Notes under the pieces: generated by a model
Databases searched by the model: none
Told to the model about the DNA's origin: nothing
The model's input: only the letters and a program-made list of their open reading frames with translations
Part shown: in pieces, positions 13,255 to 25,400 of the stretch
Layout of the letters: every line of letters starts with the position of its first letter
How positions within the stretch are numbered: position 1 is the first letter of the stretch
Made by a program: the position numbers and the translations under genes
NCBI RefSeq assembly: GCF_037042905.1
Contig: NC_087250.1
Span: 25,298,001-25,362,000 of the forward strand
Direction: 5' to 3'
Source of the DNA: Lytechinus pictus
Lineage: Eukaryota
Length of the DNA stretch: 64,000 nt

Positions 13255-14774
13255 AATAGCCGACTAATGCCATGGTTAACTTCGAACTGGTTAATTCCGA
13301 ACTTCACGTTTAATTAGGTTTAGACAAATATTCGCTTATTTGCCATGGTTTAATATGTCTAGTCCGTATACAAAACCAGTCCTAGATCTAAAAAAATTAT
13401 CTTAGTTCTAGTCTAGTCTCTATATCTAGACTCTGATCTATGCTGTATCAGCATGGAACCACTAGTGTACCAAGGGGAGGGGGGAAACTGTCCCTCTGAC
13501 GAGTCACAACTGATTCAGGGGACGTGCCCCCTTTGAGAAGCCAAATCAATAATTTGTAATGTAAAAATGCAATGAAAAAGACGTATGTCCCCTTTTTTTA
13601 ACGTGAAGATCTTTTCTTTTTTTTTTGCTTGTCAATTTTTTTTTTCAGCTAAGAAATCCATAATTTGGGGTGAAGACCCTTTTTTTTTTTGGGGGGGGCT
13701 TGTCACATTTTTTCGCGGACGAAATATCCTCTAAAAAATTTGCCCCCCTTTTGGAAAATCCTAGGTACACCAGTGCGTGCATGGAACGTATTCTAACGTC
13801 AGGCACAAATTAACGTCAGTGATCTTGATCACCGTCTTCACCCAAAATTACTGAGGATTTCGTAGCTGAAAAAAATTTGACAAGAAAAAAAAAAGATCTT
13901 CACGTTCAAAAGAGGGGACATGCGTCTTTTTTCGTTGCATTTTGACATTACAAATTATTAATTTGGCTTCTCAAGGAGGGGCACGTCCCCTGGATCAGTT
14001 GTGACTCGTCAGGGGGGCAGTCTGCCCCCCCCCCTTTGGTACACTAGTGGTTCCATGTTGATAGCGCGTAGATCAGAGTCTAGATCTATAGACTAGACTA
14101 GAACTAAGATTTTTTTTTAGATCTAGGACTGGTTCTGTATACGGACTATAGACATATTAAACCATGGTAAATAAGCTAATATTGGTCCAAACCTAATCAA
14201 ACGTAAAGTTCGGAATTAACAAGTTCGAAGTTAACCATGGCATTAGTCGGCTATTCCTATTAGTATATATTAGGCATTAGACATGTCCAGATTTGAGGTA
14301 AAGTTAATGCGCTAGCTTAAGCTAGCCCTACCCTAGCACATGTCTTCCCATTAATGGCAGCTAGTTTGATAAGTGTTTAAGAATTGGATGTATATATAGA
14401 TTTAAGCCTATAAGGCCTATGTAACTATGTAAGGGTACCGGTAATTTGACGATGCTAATTTATTTCTGAGCAACGTGAATGCTTACGATCGGCACTAACT
14501 GGTCGAGGCCAAGTCCACGCGCATGCGTACTCTCAATCCGAAGACGCAAGTCATGAATATTCATATGTCGGTCCAGAACACGGTGGGAAAAATAATTTCG
14601 CCCCCCGCACCCCCCCAAAAAATAGTTTGGAACCGTGCCTTCCTACATATACCATGATCATGATGATATGATCCCCTTTTTACTTAAAGGATGCTTCGAT
14701 TGGTTTATGTGTAAAATTATAACTTTATTTAAAATTCGTTTAACATATTATTCATTAAAGACTCAATACAACCA

Positions 14775-15013
14775 CACAGCAAAAACTGTGGTGTTAACCG
14801 GTGTACATAGAGGACCACACCAGTTATTTTACACCGGTGTTAAATTGACAGTGTTAGTCTAACACCTATAGGTGTTATTACAACACCTTTGCTTGTTAAA
14901 TTTACACTCTTTGGTGTTATGTTCAATCTCTAGGGTGTAATTTTAACACCTCAGGGTGTGGTCCTCTATTAACACCAACTGGTGTCAGTTTTAACACCAC
15001 AGTTTTTACAGTG
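14775..15013. mobile_element. CACTA-like MITE, same family as 7395-7636 (opposite orientation)
   Basis: Near-identical reverse complement of 7395-7636. Confidence 0.75.
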
Positions 15014-15600
15014 GTACGATGCTGTAAGTAACCTTTCCAATGGCCAAATACAGCTAGACATGCTAGAGACTGCCAGAGAAATTTGCGATTTTGATAAATG
15101 CAAAATTTGATAAATTTAAGCAGCATAACGGCAGATGAATCTGTAGTATCAATCATTTGATTTTAAAATTTGTCGTTTCTGTCTCGAAAGTGTAGGGGTG
15201 TACAAGACATTACCAAAGGTGGAGGAGGGGGGGGGGGTAATATCCCCATCTCCCGGAATTTATGCCAATATTCAAGTAATCCTATTATCTTAGAAAACAT
15301 AATAATTGTAAGTGATTGTTATTTTCGTCTGATACATTTCCATACAGATGAATACCTTAAAATCGACAACAAAATGTGGATATATATTTCTGCACAAACA
15401 AATACATTCATGGTACTTTGATGGAAAAAAGGAATGAAAATTGTTTCAATGTCATTAACTGACATTATATGTTAATCATTAGTAATTCTTGGAAAATGTT
15501 ATCACCGTGGTCTCCATACACTGTTTTCTGAAACCATAACAAGATTGAATATTTTATGAAATTAAATAATTTCCAATGACAAGGACTTTTAGATACCATA

Positions 15601-15754
15601 CACAGTAAAAAAAAAAATAGCACGTTGTTTGTTTAAACTTTATGTAATTGATTAAAATTTTCAAACAACAGTTGTTTAAAAAGTTTAAACAGTAGTTGTT
15701 AGAGTGACTGGCTTAAACAACGTGCTTAAAATTTTAAACAGCGTTTTTACAGTG
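15601..15754. mobile_element. Small CACAG/CAGTG-terminated MITE
   Basis: CACAGTAAAAA...TTTTTACAGTG flanked by TA on both sides. Confidence 0.6.
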
Positions 15755-16594
15755 TAGGCCCGTTTTTATCTAGGCCTATGCACTCGATAATGAACAAGGT
15801 TTAATATGATATAACCTTGTTCTCTGTTATATCTCCATGTGTGGCAAAATAAGGGTGGCAATGTTTGGCTTATTTTCTCTTTTTCTTTAGGACAAATGCT
15901 TGATTTTTTACACTGACAGTTTCCATTACACCTATTCATCATACAACTTGCAATGGCTCTTAAGTAAATTTGATTCTTTAAATTATTTTTTTCATAATTA
16001 AAAATAGAGATTGAAAAATGAAAATTTTCTTGCCATATTATTTTCCACCAATAGAGGGCGTACACAAAAATATGCCAAAAATTCAAGTTTTTGAGCGCTC
16101 TGGTGAATACAAAAATTATTCCCAATTAGTTACTAATGAAAAATAAATTGCAACTGTATGGAAATTAGTAATTTTGAGCACAAAAGTGATATTTTAATGA
16201 TTTTTTAAAGTGTGTGCTCTGTACAGCATTGGCATACCATAGTCCTTCCTGTAGATTCCCCACAGGAAGGATGGTTGCAGTGAGCTATAGTGGGCATATA
16301 TATATAAAAAAAAGCAACGGTCTAAATGAATTGCAAAATCAACTAAATTATCATAATGTGCAATAAAGTATTTAAAAAATAAAACAAGGATCAAAATGCC
16401 TAAAATCCTGGGAAATTCATGATTTTCGAAAACTGTACCTATAGGCCTATGTATACGTAGGCCTATATCAATTAATTAACAATGGTGATGATGAAATGAG
16501 AGACTGCAAAACTGTCATTTGATAAGTGCAGGATCCCCTCTCCCCATCTCGATCCCTCCCTCCCTCTCTCTCTAAATGAATATATAGGCCTATA

Positions 16595-16999
16595 CAGCGG
16601 CGCACCCAGGATTTTCCAAAAGGGGGCAAATTTTTGGAGGATATTTCGTCCGCGAAAAATTTGACAAGCAAAAAAAAGGGTCTTCAACCACACAAATAGA
16701 GGATTTCTTACCAGGAAAAAAGTTGACAAGCAAAAAAAAAAAAGTCTTCAACCGCAAATAAAGGAAATTTCGTACCAGAAAAAAAAAATGACAAACAATA
16801 AAAGAGGGGGCACACGTCTGTTTTCATTGCATTTTCACATTACAAATTATTAATTTTGCTTCTCAAAGGGGGGGGGGGCACGTCCAATGGATGAGTTGTG
16901 ATTCGTCAGGGGGGCAGGGGTACGTCCCCTGCATCAGTTGTGACTCATCAGGGGGGGGCAGTCTGCCCCCCCTACCCTCCCCCATTAGGTACGCTAGTG
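16595..16999. mobile_element. hAT-like MITE
   Basis: Perfect 8-bp TSD GGCCTATA; imperfect CA..TG TIRs; same family as 13460-13775. Confidence 0.8.
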
Positions 17000-17554
17000 G
17001 GCCTATATTTTCAAACTACGATAGGCCTATACAGTGCATGGATGAGAGTTGACTTACATTGACACCAGATGAATGAGTCACGAAGGAGAAGATCACGTAC
17101 TTTTATTCTTTTTTCTCCACAAAATAATATTGACGTATTCCGTTCTGATATGGTTCAAACCTCCTAAGCCAGAATGACAGTGTATATGGAACAAATCTGT
17201 TTTCCTTGGACCCTAGGAATCTCCAAATAGTGGAGGGATCAGCTAATTGAGAGAGAGCATATCGAAGCTGTACATCGCCTATAGGAGCCTTTACGTCGAC
17301 CTATATACCGAATTCAATTCAAAAGTCCCGGTTGTAATAATTATACCAGAGATTTTCACGACACACGTCAGTGATTTACATTGACAAAGTTGGTACCGGC
17401 CAATCAGATGCAAGGATATTGATAGCTTGTAACACGGTTGTCATGAAGATCACTGTGAAGATTCTTCGTGAAATACCCTCTCACTAACAATATTAATTCC
17501 CGGCTCCGACAATGATCGGACACAATAAGCGCCTACCTTTGCTTTGAGCTTGAC

Positions 17555-17705
17555 CATAGGCGGCGGAAGCGGGGGGGGGGGGGGGACGTGTCCCCCTAAA
17601 TAATTTTTAGCTGATTACCTTTTTTTTTTTTTTTTTTTTTTTTTTGCTTGTCAAAAATTTTTGGTGGTCACCCCCTAAAATTTATTTTGGCTTCCGCCGC
17701 CAATG
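17555..17705. mobile_element. hAT-like MITE (151 bp)
   Basis: TIR CATAGGCGGCGGAAGC / GCTTCCGCCGCCAATG, perfect 8-bp TSD AGCTTGAC. Confidence 0.85.
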
Positions 17706-17754
17706 AGCTTGACAACTGGACTCGTTGATAAAGCTTTCATTTAATTGGTAACTA

Positions 17755-18004
17755 CACTACAGTCCAGAAACTCCGGTGTTGATTTAACACAAGCCCGGAA
17801 TCTATATGTGTCTACACCAGAGAAGTATTGAAATAACACCAGTTTGGAATCAAACCGATGCTGTTTAATTACTAATTGGTGTTAAAGTATAAACACATAT
17901 CTGGTGTTAGACCAAAACCAAACTGGTATTGTTTAACACTTCTCTGGTGTGGACAGATATAGATTCCGGGCTGGTGTTAAATCAACACCGGAGTTTTTGC
18001 AGTG
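17755..18004. mobile_element. CACTA-like palindromic MITE
   Basis: Homologous to 9701-9938, TA TSD. Confidence 0.8.
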
Positions 18005-18822
18005 TACATTATTTTCTTGATGTGCTTGATGGCCATCACTGTGAGCTCATGGTCACAATCACAAAGACGAAACCTAGCTGCTGATACTACTCCAGATCAG
18101 ACCGACCAAATCTTTTATTTTATTACCAAACACCGATGACCAGGGGCGGATCCGCGGATTTTCCAGGGGGGGGGGGGCATTTTTGTTGAACAAATTTTGA
18201 CCAGCCGGGCCGTTCTTCACGCCCCGCCTGAATGATGCTGATTTATGTCAGGAACAATTTGACAAACCGCAAAGATTTGAGCCTATTATAAAATTATGTA
18301 CATTTTTCATAGTTCCCAAGGGGGGGGGGGGGCACGTGCCGGATGTGCCCCCACCTGGATCCACCATGCATGCACTGCCAATGACATTCCATCGGGTCGG
18401 GTTAGAAATGGTTTGGTGTGACTTTAGCATTAGTCAACAGTTAATACATGTTGTAGGATAAATCGGTCTGTCCAAGGGCGGATCCAGGATTTTCCAAGGG
18501 AGGGGGGGGGGGCACATTTTCCAGATGAAAAATTCGACAAGCAAAAAAAAGGTTTTTCAACAAATAATAAGGACATTTCGTCCACGAAAAAATTTGAAGT
18601 AAAAAAAAAAATTAAAATTAGAAAAAAGGTCTCCACTTTCAAAAGGGGGGCACACTTCTGTTTTAACGGTATTTTTACATTTACAAATTTTAATTGTGCC
18701 TCGGATCCGCTATACAGTGCGTCCCCAAAAAACTACACTTTTGAAATGGCTGCCAAATAAAAACTATATCACTTTGGGTGGAAATACTTACATATATGGA
18801 AGCCAATAAAGTCAACTTTTAA

Positions 18823-19428
18823 AGGTCAAGTCCACCACAGGAAAATGTTGATTTGAATAAATAGAGAAAAATAAAACTAGAATAACGCTGAAAATTTCAT
18901 TAAAATCGGATGTAAAATAAGAAAGTTATGACATTTTAAAGTTTCATTTATTTTTCAAAAAACATTGATATGCACGACTCAGTGAAATGCAAATGAGACA
19001 GTCGATGATGTCCCTCACTCACTATTTCTTATGTTTTTTATTGTTTGAATTATACAATATTTCATTTTTTACAAATTTGGCGATATGGATTAACTTGACT
19101 GAACCATATAATATTAAACAATGCTCATTCCATATATTCAGGAAGGAATTATTTTTGTTTCCCTTGACAATGAGAAGAAAATTTATTGGTCTATTTCAGA
19201 TTTCATATAATAAAATACAAAAGAAATAGTGAGTGGATGATGTCATCAGTCTCCTCATTTGCATACTGACCAGGATGTGCATATAAATGTTTTGTGAAAT
19301 TAAGCGAAACTTTAAAATGTCATAACTTTCTTATTTTACATCCGATTTTGATTAAATTTTTAGTGTTATGTTTGTTGGAATTTTCTCTTTTTATTCAAAT
19401 AAACTCTTTGTTGGGGTGGACTTGTCCT
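18823..19428. mobile_element. Full-length Kolobok-like family A element
   Basis: TTAA|AGGTCAAGTCCACC...GGTGGACTTGTCCT|TTAA. Confidence 0.85.
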
Positions 19429-19719
19429 TTAAATGACACCAAAAAGTTGGAAAACTATTCATGCTTGAGCGAGCATTGCCCACTGAAACAAAGGGTATGA
19501 AAATTGGGCCGGGCCGGAATCAGCCTTCCAATTTATTCAGTTTTTGAGAGGCAAATCCTAAGGGCGTTGTGATAAACTGATGATCAACTGTGACCAGTTT
19601 TGGTTGTTTAAGCAAATTTCATAAGTCATCAAATTGAACTTTAATGCATGAGTGAACAGAAAATTACACTTTTGGGGTAGCATTTCAACTTTATCATGTG
19701 GATCTCAGCAGGGCCCTGG

Positions 19720-21101
19720 CAGTGGCGTAGCTAGGATTTGTTTCCTGGGGGGGGGGGCACTGGGGGGTCCTTGCTTTTTCAGGGGGGGGGGCACCATTTT
19801 TTCCGGTGTGTGTGTATGTGTCATAAGGGCGGATCCGACTTTCGCCAATAGGGGACGGGGCCCAAAATTATCTTCACCTATATTTTCTCCGATCAGTCAC
19901 TTGTTATTTCTTATAAAACAACATAAACATGAAATTATCACATAAGCCTTATAAAAAGTGCGAGCGCGAAGCGCGAGCGATTTTATTTTTATTTTCATGT
20001 TCTTTGTCCTGAAAATTGAATATTCTTGGCAATGTTATGCGTGATCCTGAACAAGATTCGTATGTAACTAGATGGTTACTGCGAACGCCAAGTGCGAGCA
20101 GAAATTTTTATTAACTGTTCTAGGCTAGCATTATCGAAAAGGGACCTGTTAAGGATTGCTTACAGTTACCCACGAAGACGGTATATATTGCGAAGCGCGA
20201 GCAATTTTTTTGACATTCCGACCTAAAAACTTGTCAATTTAAGCACTTTTTGTATTAATAAATGGGATAGGTATGTAACTAAACAATTGATGCGAGCGCG
20301 AAGCGCGAGAGGAAGAAAATTGAGATTTTAGACCTAAAAGCGGGACACTCTATTCGTATTTTGTAAATCATAAATAGGATATAGTTAATTTGGTATCATT
20401 AATAATGCGATCATGAAGCGTGAGCAGACAATTATTGATATTCTGATGTGAAACTGGATAATTTAAGTACATTTTAAATAAAGAACATGCAGGCTATCGC
20501 GCATGTTTTAGATTCAGACCTAGAATCTGGGCATTCTGAATACATTTGTTTAATGGAACATTATGGAATACACGTAGACAATAGGAACTTGGCAAATCCA
20601 AAATGTGACCACGCAGCGTGAGCTTGAAAAGCTGATATGTTGACCATAAAACGGACGTTTTACAGAGCACTTAAATTTATAAATGAAAACAAATAATGAA
20701 AGCTCGATGTCCGAGCAAAAATACGTTTTGTATATTGACTTCAAAACTTGCTCCATATCAGCCTATTGAGCAAGATTTGAATCTCATCGAACAGGCAATT
20801 CTGGCGCGAAGCGCAAGCAACAATTTTATAGTAACATGAAAGATTTTTTTTTTGCAAGTCTTCTCCTCACATTATTTCATTAACTCGTTTTCCTCATCTT
20901 ATTTTCCTCTTCTTTTTTCTTCTGTCTTTCTTCTTCTTTTCCTTTTTCCTTTTCTTCTTTTTCCCTTTTTTCTTTTTTTGCTCTGCCAATTTTTTCAGGG
21001 GGGGGGCACCTGGGGGGGCACCTGGGGGGGCACACCAAATCTCAGGGGGGGGGGGGGGCACGTGCCCCCCAGGCCCCCCCCCCCCCGTAGCTACGCCACT
21101 G
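19720..21101. mobile_element. Non-autonomous hAT-like element (1.38 kb)
   Basis: TIR CAGTGGCGTAGCTA, perfect 8-bp TSD GGCCCTGG; internal GCGCGAAGCGCGAG motifs are also seen at ~1350-1720 and ~12250. Confidence 0.85.
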
Positions 21102-21250
21102 GGCCCTGGGGAACGATTTTTTCAGTGGGGGTGCTGAAATCTCTCCTCATACGTGGGGGAGGGGACAATTGAGTTTTCCATTGAGCACCACACAAACACA
21201 CACACACACACAATCTACGATTTTATTTCTACGGCATTTTCTAAACCATT

Positions 21251-21515
<265 letters not shown>

Positions 21516-22309
21516 GCTTCCGCGGCCCCTGGCTTGTAGGTCCATGGTTTCGGTGTGCCGGAGCTTGATTGAGTCGCGTTAGGAGGGACATATGTTATTA
21601 GAATATGTGAAAAACAGTAGTAGTACTAGTAAATGATTTGTGATTGTTGGATGTGATAATAATGTACATTATAACATATTTGAAAAAATACAGGGGAACC
21701 TGATTTCGTGGGGGTGCTGCCTACAGAAAATAATACACGCAGCACCCTTCAGCACCCCCACTTCCCAGGTCCATGCATGTATCCCCCTACCCCGGACCAA
21801 TACCATTCCCATTTTTGCAAAGCTGTTGAAAACTTGAATGTCAGAAAGAGGGCCTGCATTGATCCCTCCAATTCAAAAGCCAAAAACACCCCTACAATAA
21901 TAATGTTGGTATCCGACATCAGACTATACATATAGGGGAGATAATTACTTAATATATTTATATTGGTGGTATTTTAAAATTTTGGACAGGTTTTTTTAAA
22001 CTCAGTTAACTTAAATAGCATTCTTAAATTATATTATAGTAATTTAATACCGAAATTTCTTTTCATTCATTGACTAATTATACTGTTTCAATTTTGATTA
22101 TATTCGCGTCCCCTATTTTGAATCGACGCGACCATGATCGCATCATATCGAAGCTGCTCACACGTTGCATCTACCCGTTCTATCACTCACTGACTCAGCT
22201 GACTGTAATTTCTGAAAAACGTCAAATTGGTACGGAAACTTGCTAAATTGAGGTTAATTTCAGCTTTAGATTAGTATCGAAGATTTTGCAGAGTGTGTTC
22301 AGCGGAATC

Positions 22310-22420
22310 ATGACTTCTTTTACCGTAGAAAGCCCGAATGTTCGGTATTTTCCTGACCACATCGAATCTGAATATGTTTACCAGACGACAAAAGTGGAGA
22401 GAAATAGCCAGAATATTAAG
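22310..22420 (+). CDS. ISYNA1: ISYNA1 coding exon 1 ([13 protein letters not shown]...SQNIK)
   Basis: F.VESPNV.Y N-terminus typical of eukaryotic MIPS; donor AAG|GTAATT at 22421. Confidence 0.9.
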
Positions 22421-25400
22421 GTAATTTCTCCAGAAAATCCATCTTCCAGTTATCTATATTTCATGTCCATATCTATTGATCCATAATGAATCTTTTGAAA
22501 CTGTATTGCTATGAATAAGTGAGCTAACTGTGCATATTTCACAGTTATATCAAATTAAAACCCGACGCGCATTACCTGAGTCGACTTTGATATCTCCAGC
22601 ACCCTGCGGCGCTCAATTTAAGTGTTGGCCGTCGCTGGCCCGGTAGTTGAGCCGTGTCACCGCTAGTCGAGTCTTGGCCTTGCGAATATGTGGGCGCGGC
22701 CGCGGTTCATTTCAAACATCAGCCTCAATTTATGGCATGTTCAATATTTTTCAAGTTCGAGTTCAAACGAAGAATGAGCCTAATGGGGCGTTGCAAGATA
22801 CTTGCAATCAATTGCAAGACTGTTTTCAGTTCCTAAATCAATCATATGTATTGTAATTAATTGTGTAAATCCATGATTGATTGATTAGTATTTATTAGTA
22901 ATCTGCTTCTTGTTTAAACAAGATTTGCTAGGCCTAAGTTACAGCTGAAATTGATCTATTGATTATTATAAAATTGCAACAGAAAATTTTCATTTGATTG
23001 CAAATATTTTCTTGCAACACCCCAAGTGAGCTCGAGCTTGAGACAAGTCAAGGGCCACTCTGGGCCAGGCTAGACCAGTAGAGGCGCACGGCCAATATTG
23101 GAGACTGTCTCCAAGACCAATGTGGGAGATTATCTCCAATATCAGAGACTTAATTGTAAAGAATTTGGGTATCCAATTTCAGAGACAGTCTCCAGTTTTG
23201 GATACCAATTTCCTTTGTTTACATTTGCTGCAAAAGGATTACCTTGGCGGCAAATAAAAATGTGATATTGGCAGATTCCTCATGAAAAATTACCCCTTTT
23301 CACCGTCTACTTTAAAAATTCACCGTCTATTTTTGTTTTGATAAGGATTTTTTATTGTCAATCACACACAAAACAAATGGGCTTCTGACCTCAGTGAGAC
23401 AACATTTTGGGTGGAAAAAATCATGCTTTTGTTGGTGTTGTTTCTTTTGTCCTTTTGCAAAGCAAGTCTCCAATGTGGGAGATTGTCTCCCCTATTGGAG
23501 AGAGTCTCCCATATTGGCCGTGCGCCTCTACTGTAGACAGCTGGAAGCCGTCTGTTTCGAGGAGTTTTTTAATTTAACAATAACATTTTTAATTTTTTTT
23601 TAAAATTTCTCCTCTTAGTCTTACACAGACGGCTTGCTATCGTGCAGCCACCAATAGGGGGTTAACAATGCAAAATCCCCCCCGACGGGGCTCATCGATT
23701 TTCGTCATTATTTCATAAAAATATATATATATCTAAAGAACTGGACAAAAATAAAGATTATTATTCCGTTTTGGCCTGAAATGCACCAAAACGGGGAAAA
23801 ATAAACTTTAAAGGGGAAAAAACTGACTTACATCGGCTATCGCGCTACTTCACTTCCATATTTTATCCGAACTTTACACAGAAACATATGACCATGGCAT
23901 TGAGTCCCCTGTACAGATCGCGCTAGAACTACGGTCTCTGTATTTTGGTGAGTGGAGCCAACGGAGTTCAGCGGAACAACCAACATAACAGAGACCGAAG
24001 CTTTTGGTCTAGGGCCAGGCAAGAATGATGGTTGTATGAACAAGTTCTTCAACAAGGCAGCATTAAAAAGGCAGCAAAACCATGAATAGATCCCAAAAAG
24101 CTTCATTCAGTCTCTGTACATGTATTTTGGCTGTTCCGCTGAACTGCATTGGCTCCACTCAATCATAGTAAAATGTCAGAAATTGTTAAATAAATCCCCA
24201 GAAACGATGGTTATTCCTGTCTAAACCATTCATACATCCAGATGGGCCTCGGCCTCAGCCCAGGCTCAGCCAGCAGCCCTCATGACATGTCATGACATGA
24301 GACTAAGAGGACTCACAATTCACAGCCCGGGGAGCGCATTCAGTATATATGTGTGGTGGGTATGTGCATGCCGCGGAGGCACTCACATTACCGTTCCAAG
24401 GCATAGCATTTTAAAAAAGAACACTGAACAAAGAAAGCCGTTCCAAAGCATAGCATTTTCTTATTTTTAAAAAGAAAAAAATCGCTACAATGAGTTGCAT
24501 TTTTGGTGAAAAGTGGGCGACCACCGCCTCTGCGCAAGCGCACCCGTGCCGCCGGGCTAGCTGCATGCACGTATGCCAGTTACATAGGGATGCATATAAG
24601 TAATCACACACAGGCGGACCGTTAAGGACCCCCGTTTTCACAAACGTGTGTAGTTCCGAAGCCCATTTTGAAGACTCATTTTTACAATAAGCCCGTTCCA
24701 AAGCCCCCTTTTTTTTTTCTCGCGCGCGTCACATACCAAATACTTTTGTGGTCGAGTGACGGAGGAGAGGGTGCCAAAAAGCTTTCAAAATTTGACAACA
24801 CGTGGGTGGAGCTGGGCCATAGTATCAAACTCGGCCATCTTTTTTATTTTATATTTTCAGGTGAAACCCATCGACGTCCAAATGAAGTTCAGAACGGGGA
24901 GAAAGGTTCCACGTCTGGGTGTGATGCTGGTGGGGTGGGGCGGGAACAATGGAAGCACCGTGACGGCAGCAGTCATCGCCAACAAGATGAAGATGTCATG
25001 GAGAACTAAAGAAGGAATTAGGGTAAGAAAAAACTTCAATATTAAAGCTAAATGAAAGTAGTTGCAGTAAAATGCTGATTTCATGAGAAAGTCTGTAAAA
25101 CAAAGGTTAATTATTACTATGTCATCGTGGATCTAGATCTGGTACAGTTACATAAACTGAACTTTGTGAAATCATAAAATCTAAGCTGAAAAACGATCAC
25201 ACTGAAGATCGCCAACACAGATAGGCACACATGGGACAGTGTATATTATTATTGCTGGAATAAAGACCCGACGGAAGTGCACAAATCCGCGCTTATTTTG
25301 CTTATTTCTCAGCATTTACACAGTTTCTTCCAGATCCTTTGGCACATATTTTTCATTCATACAAACAGGCACTTGGGTAGTCATTATATTGGATTATGAA

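Larger units (their letters stand above)
9961..14601. mobile_element. Non-autonomous foldback/Mutator-like element with ~740-bp TIRs and a 9-bp TSD, carrying nested insertions
   Basis: 9961-10313 plus 13255-~13650 is the reverse complement of ~13865-14601; direct repeat CCCCCGCAC at 9952-9960 and 14602-14610. Confidence 0.85.

Noticed and set aside
22080..22309. Specific promoter elements (AP-1 TGACTCA at 22191; osmotic-response-like TGGAAA words further upstream; possible acceptor TTTTGCAG at 22291)
   Set aside because: These short motifs are expected by chance. The TSS and any 5' UTR intron cannot be placed without transcript data.
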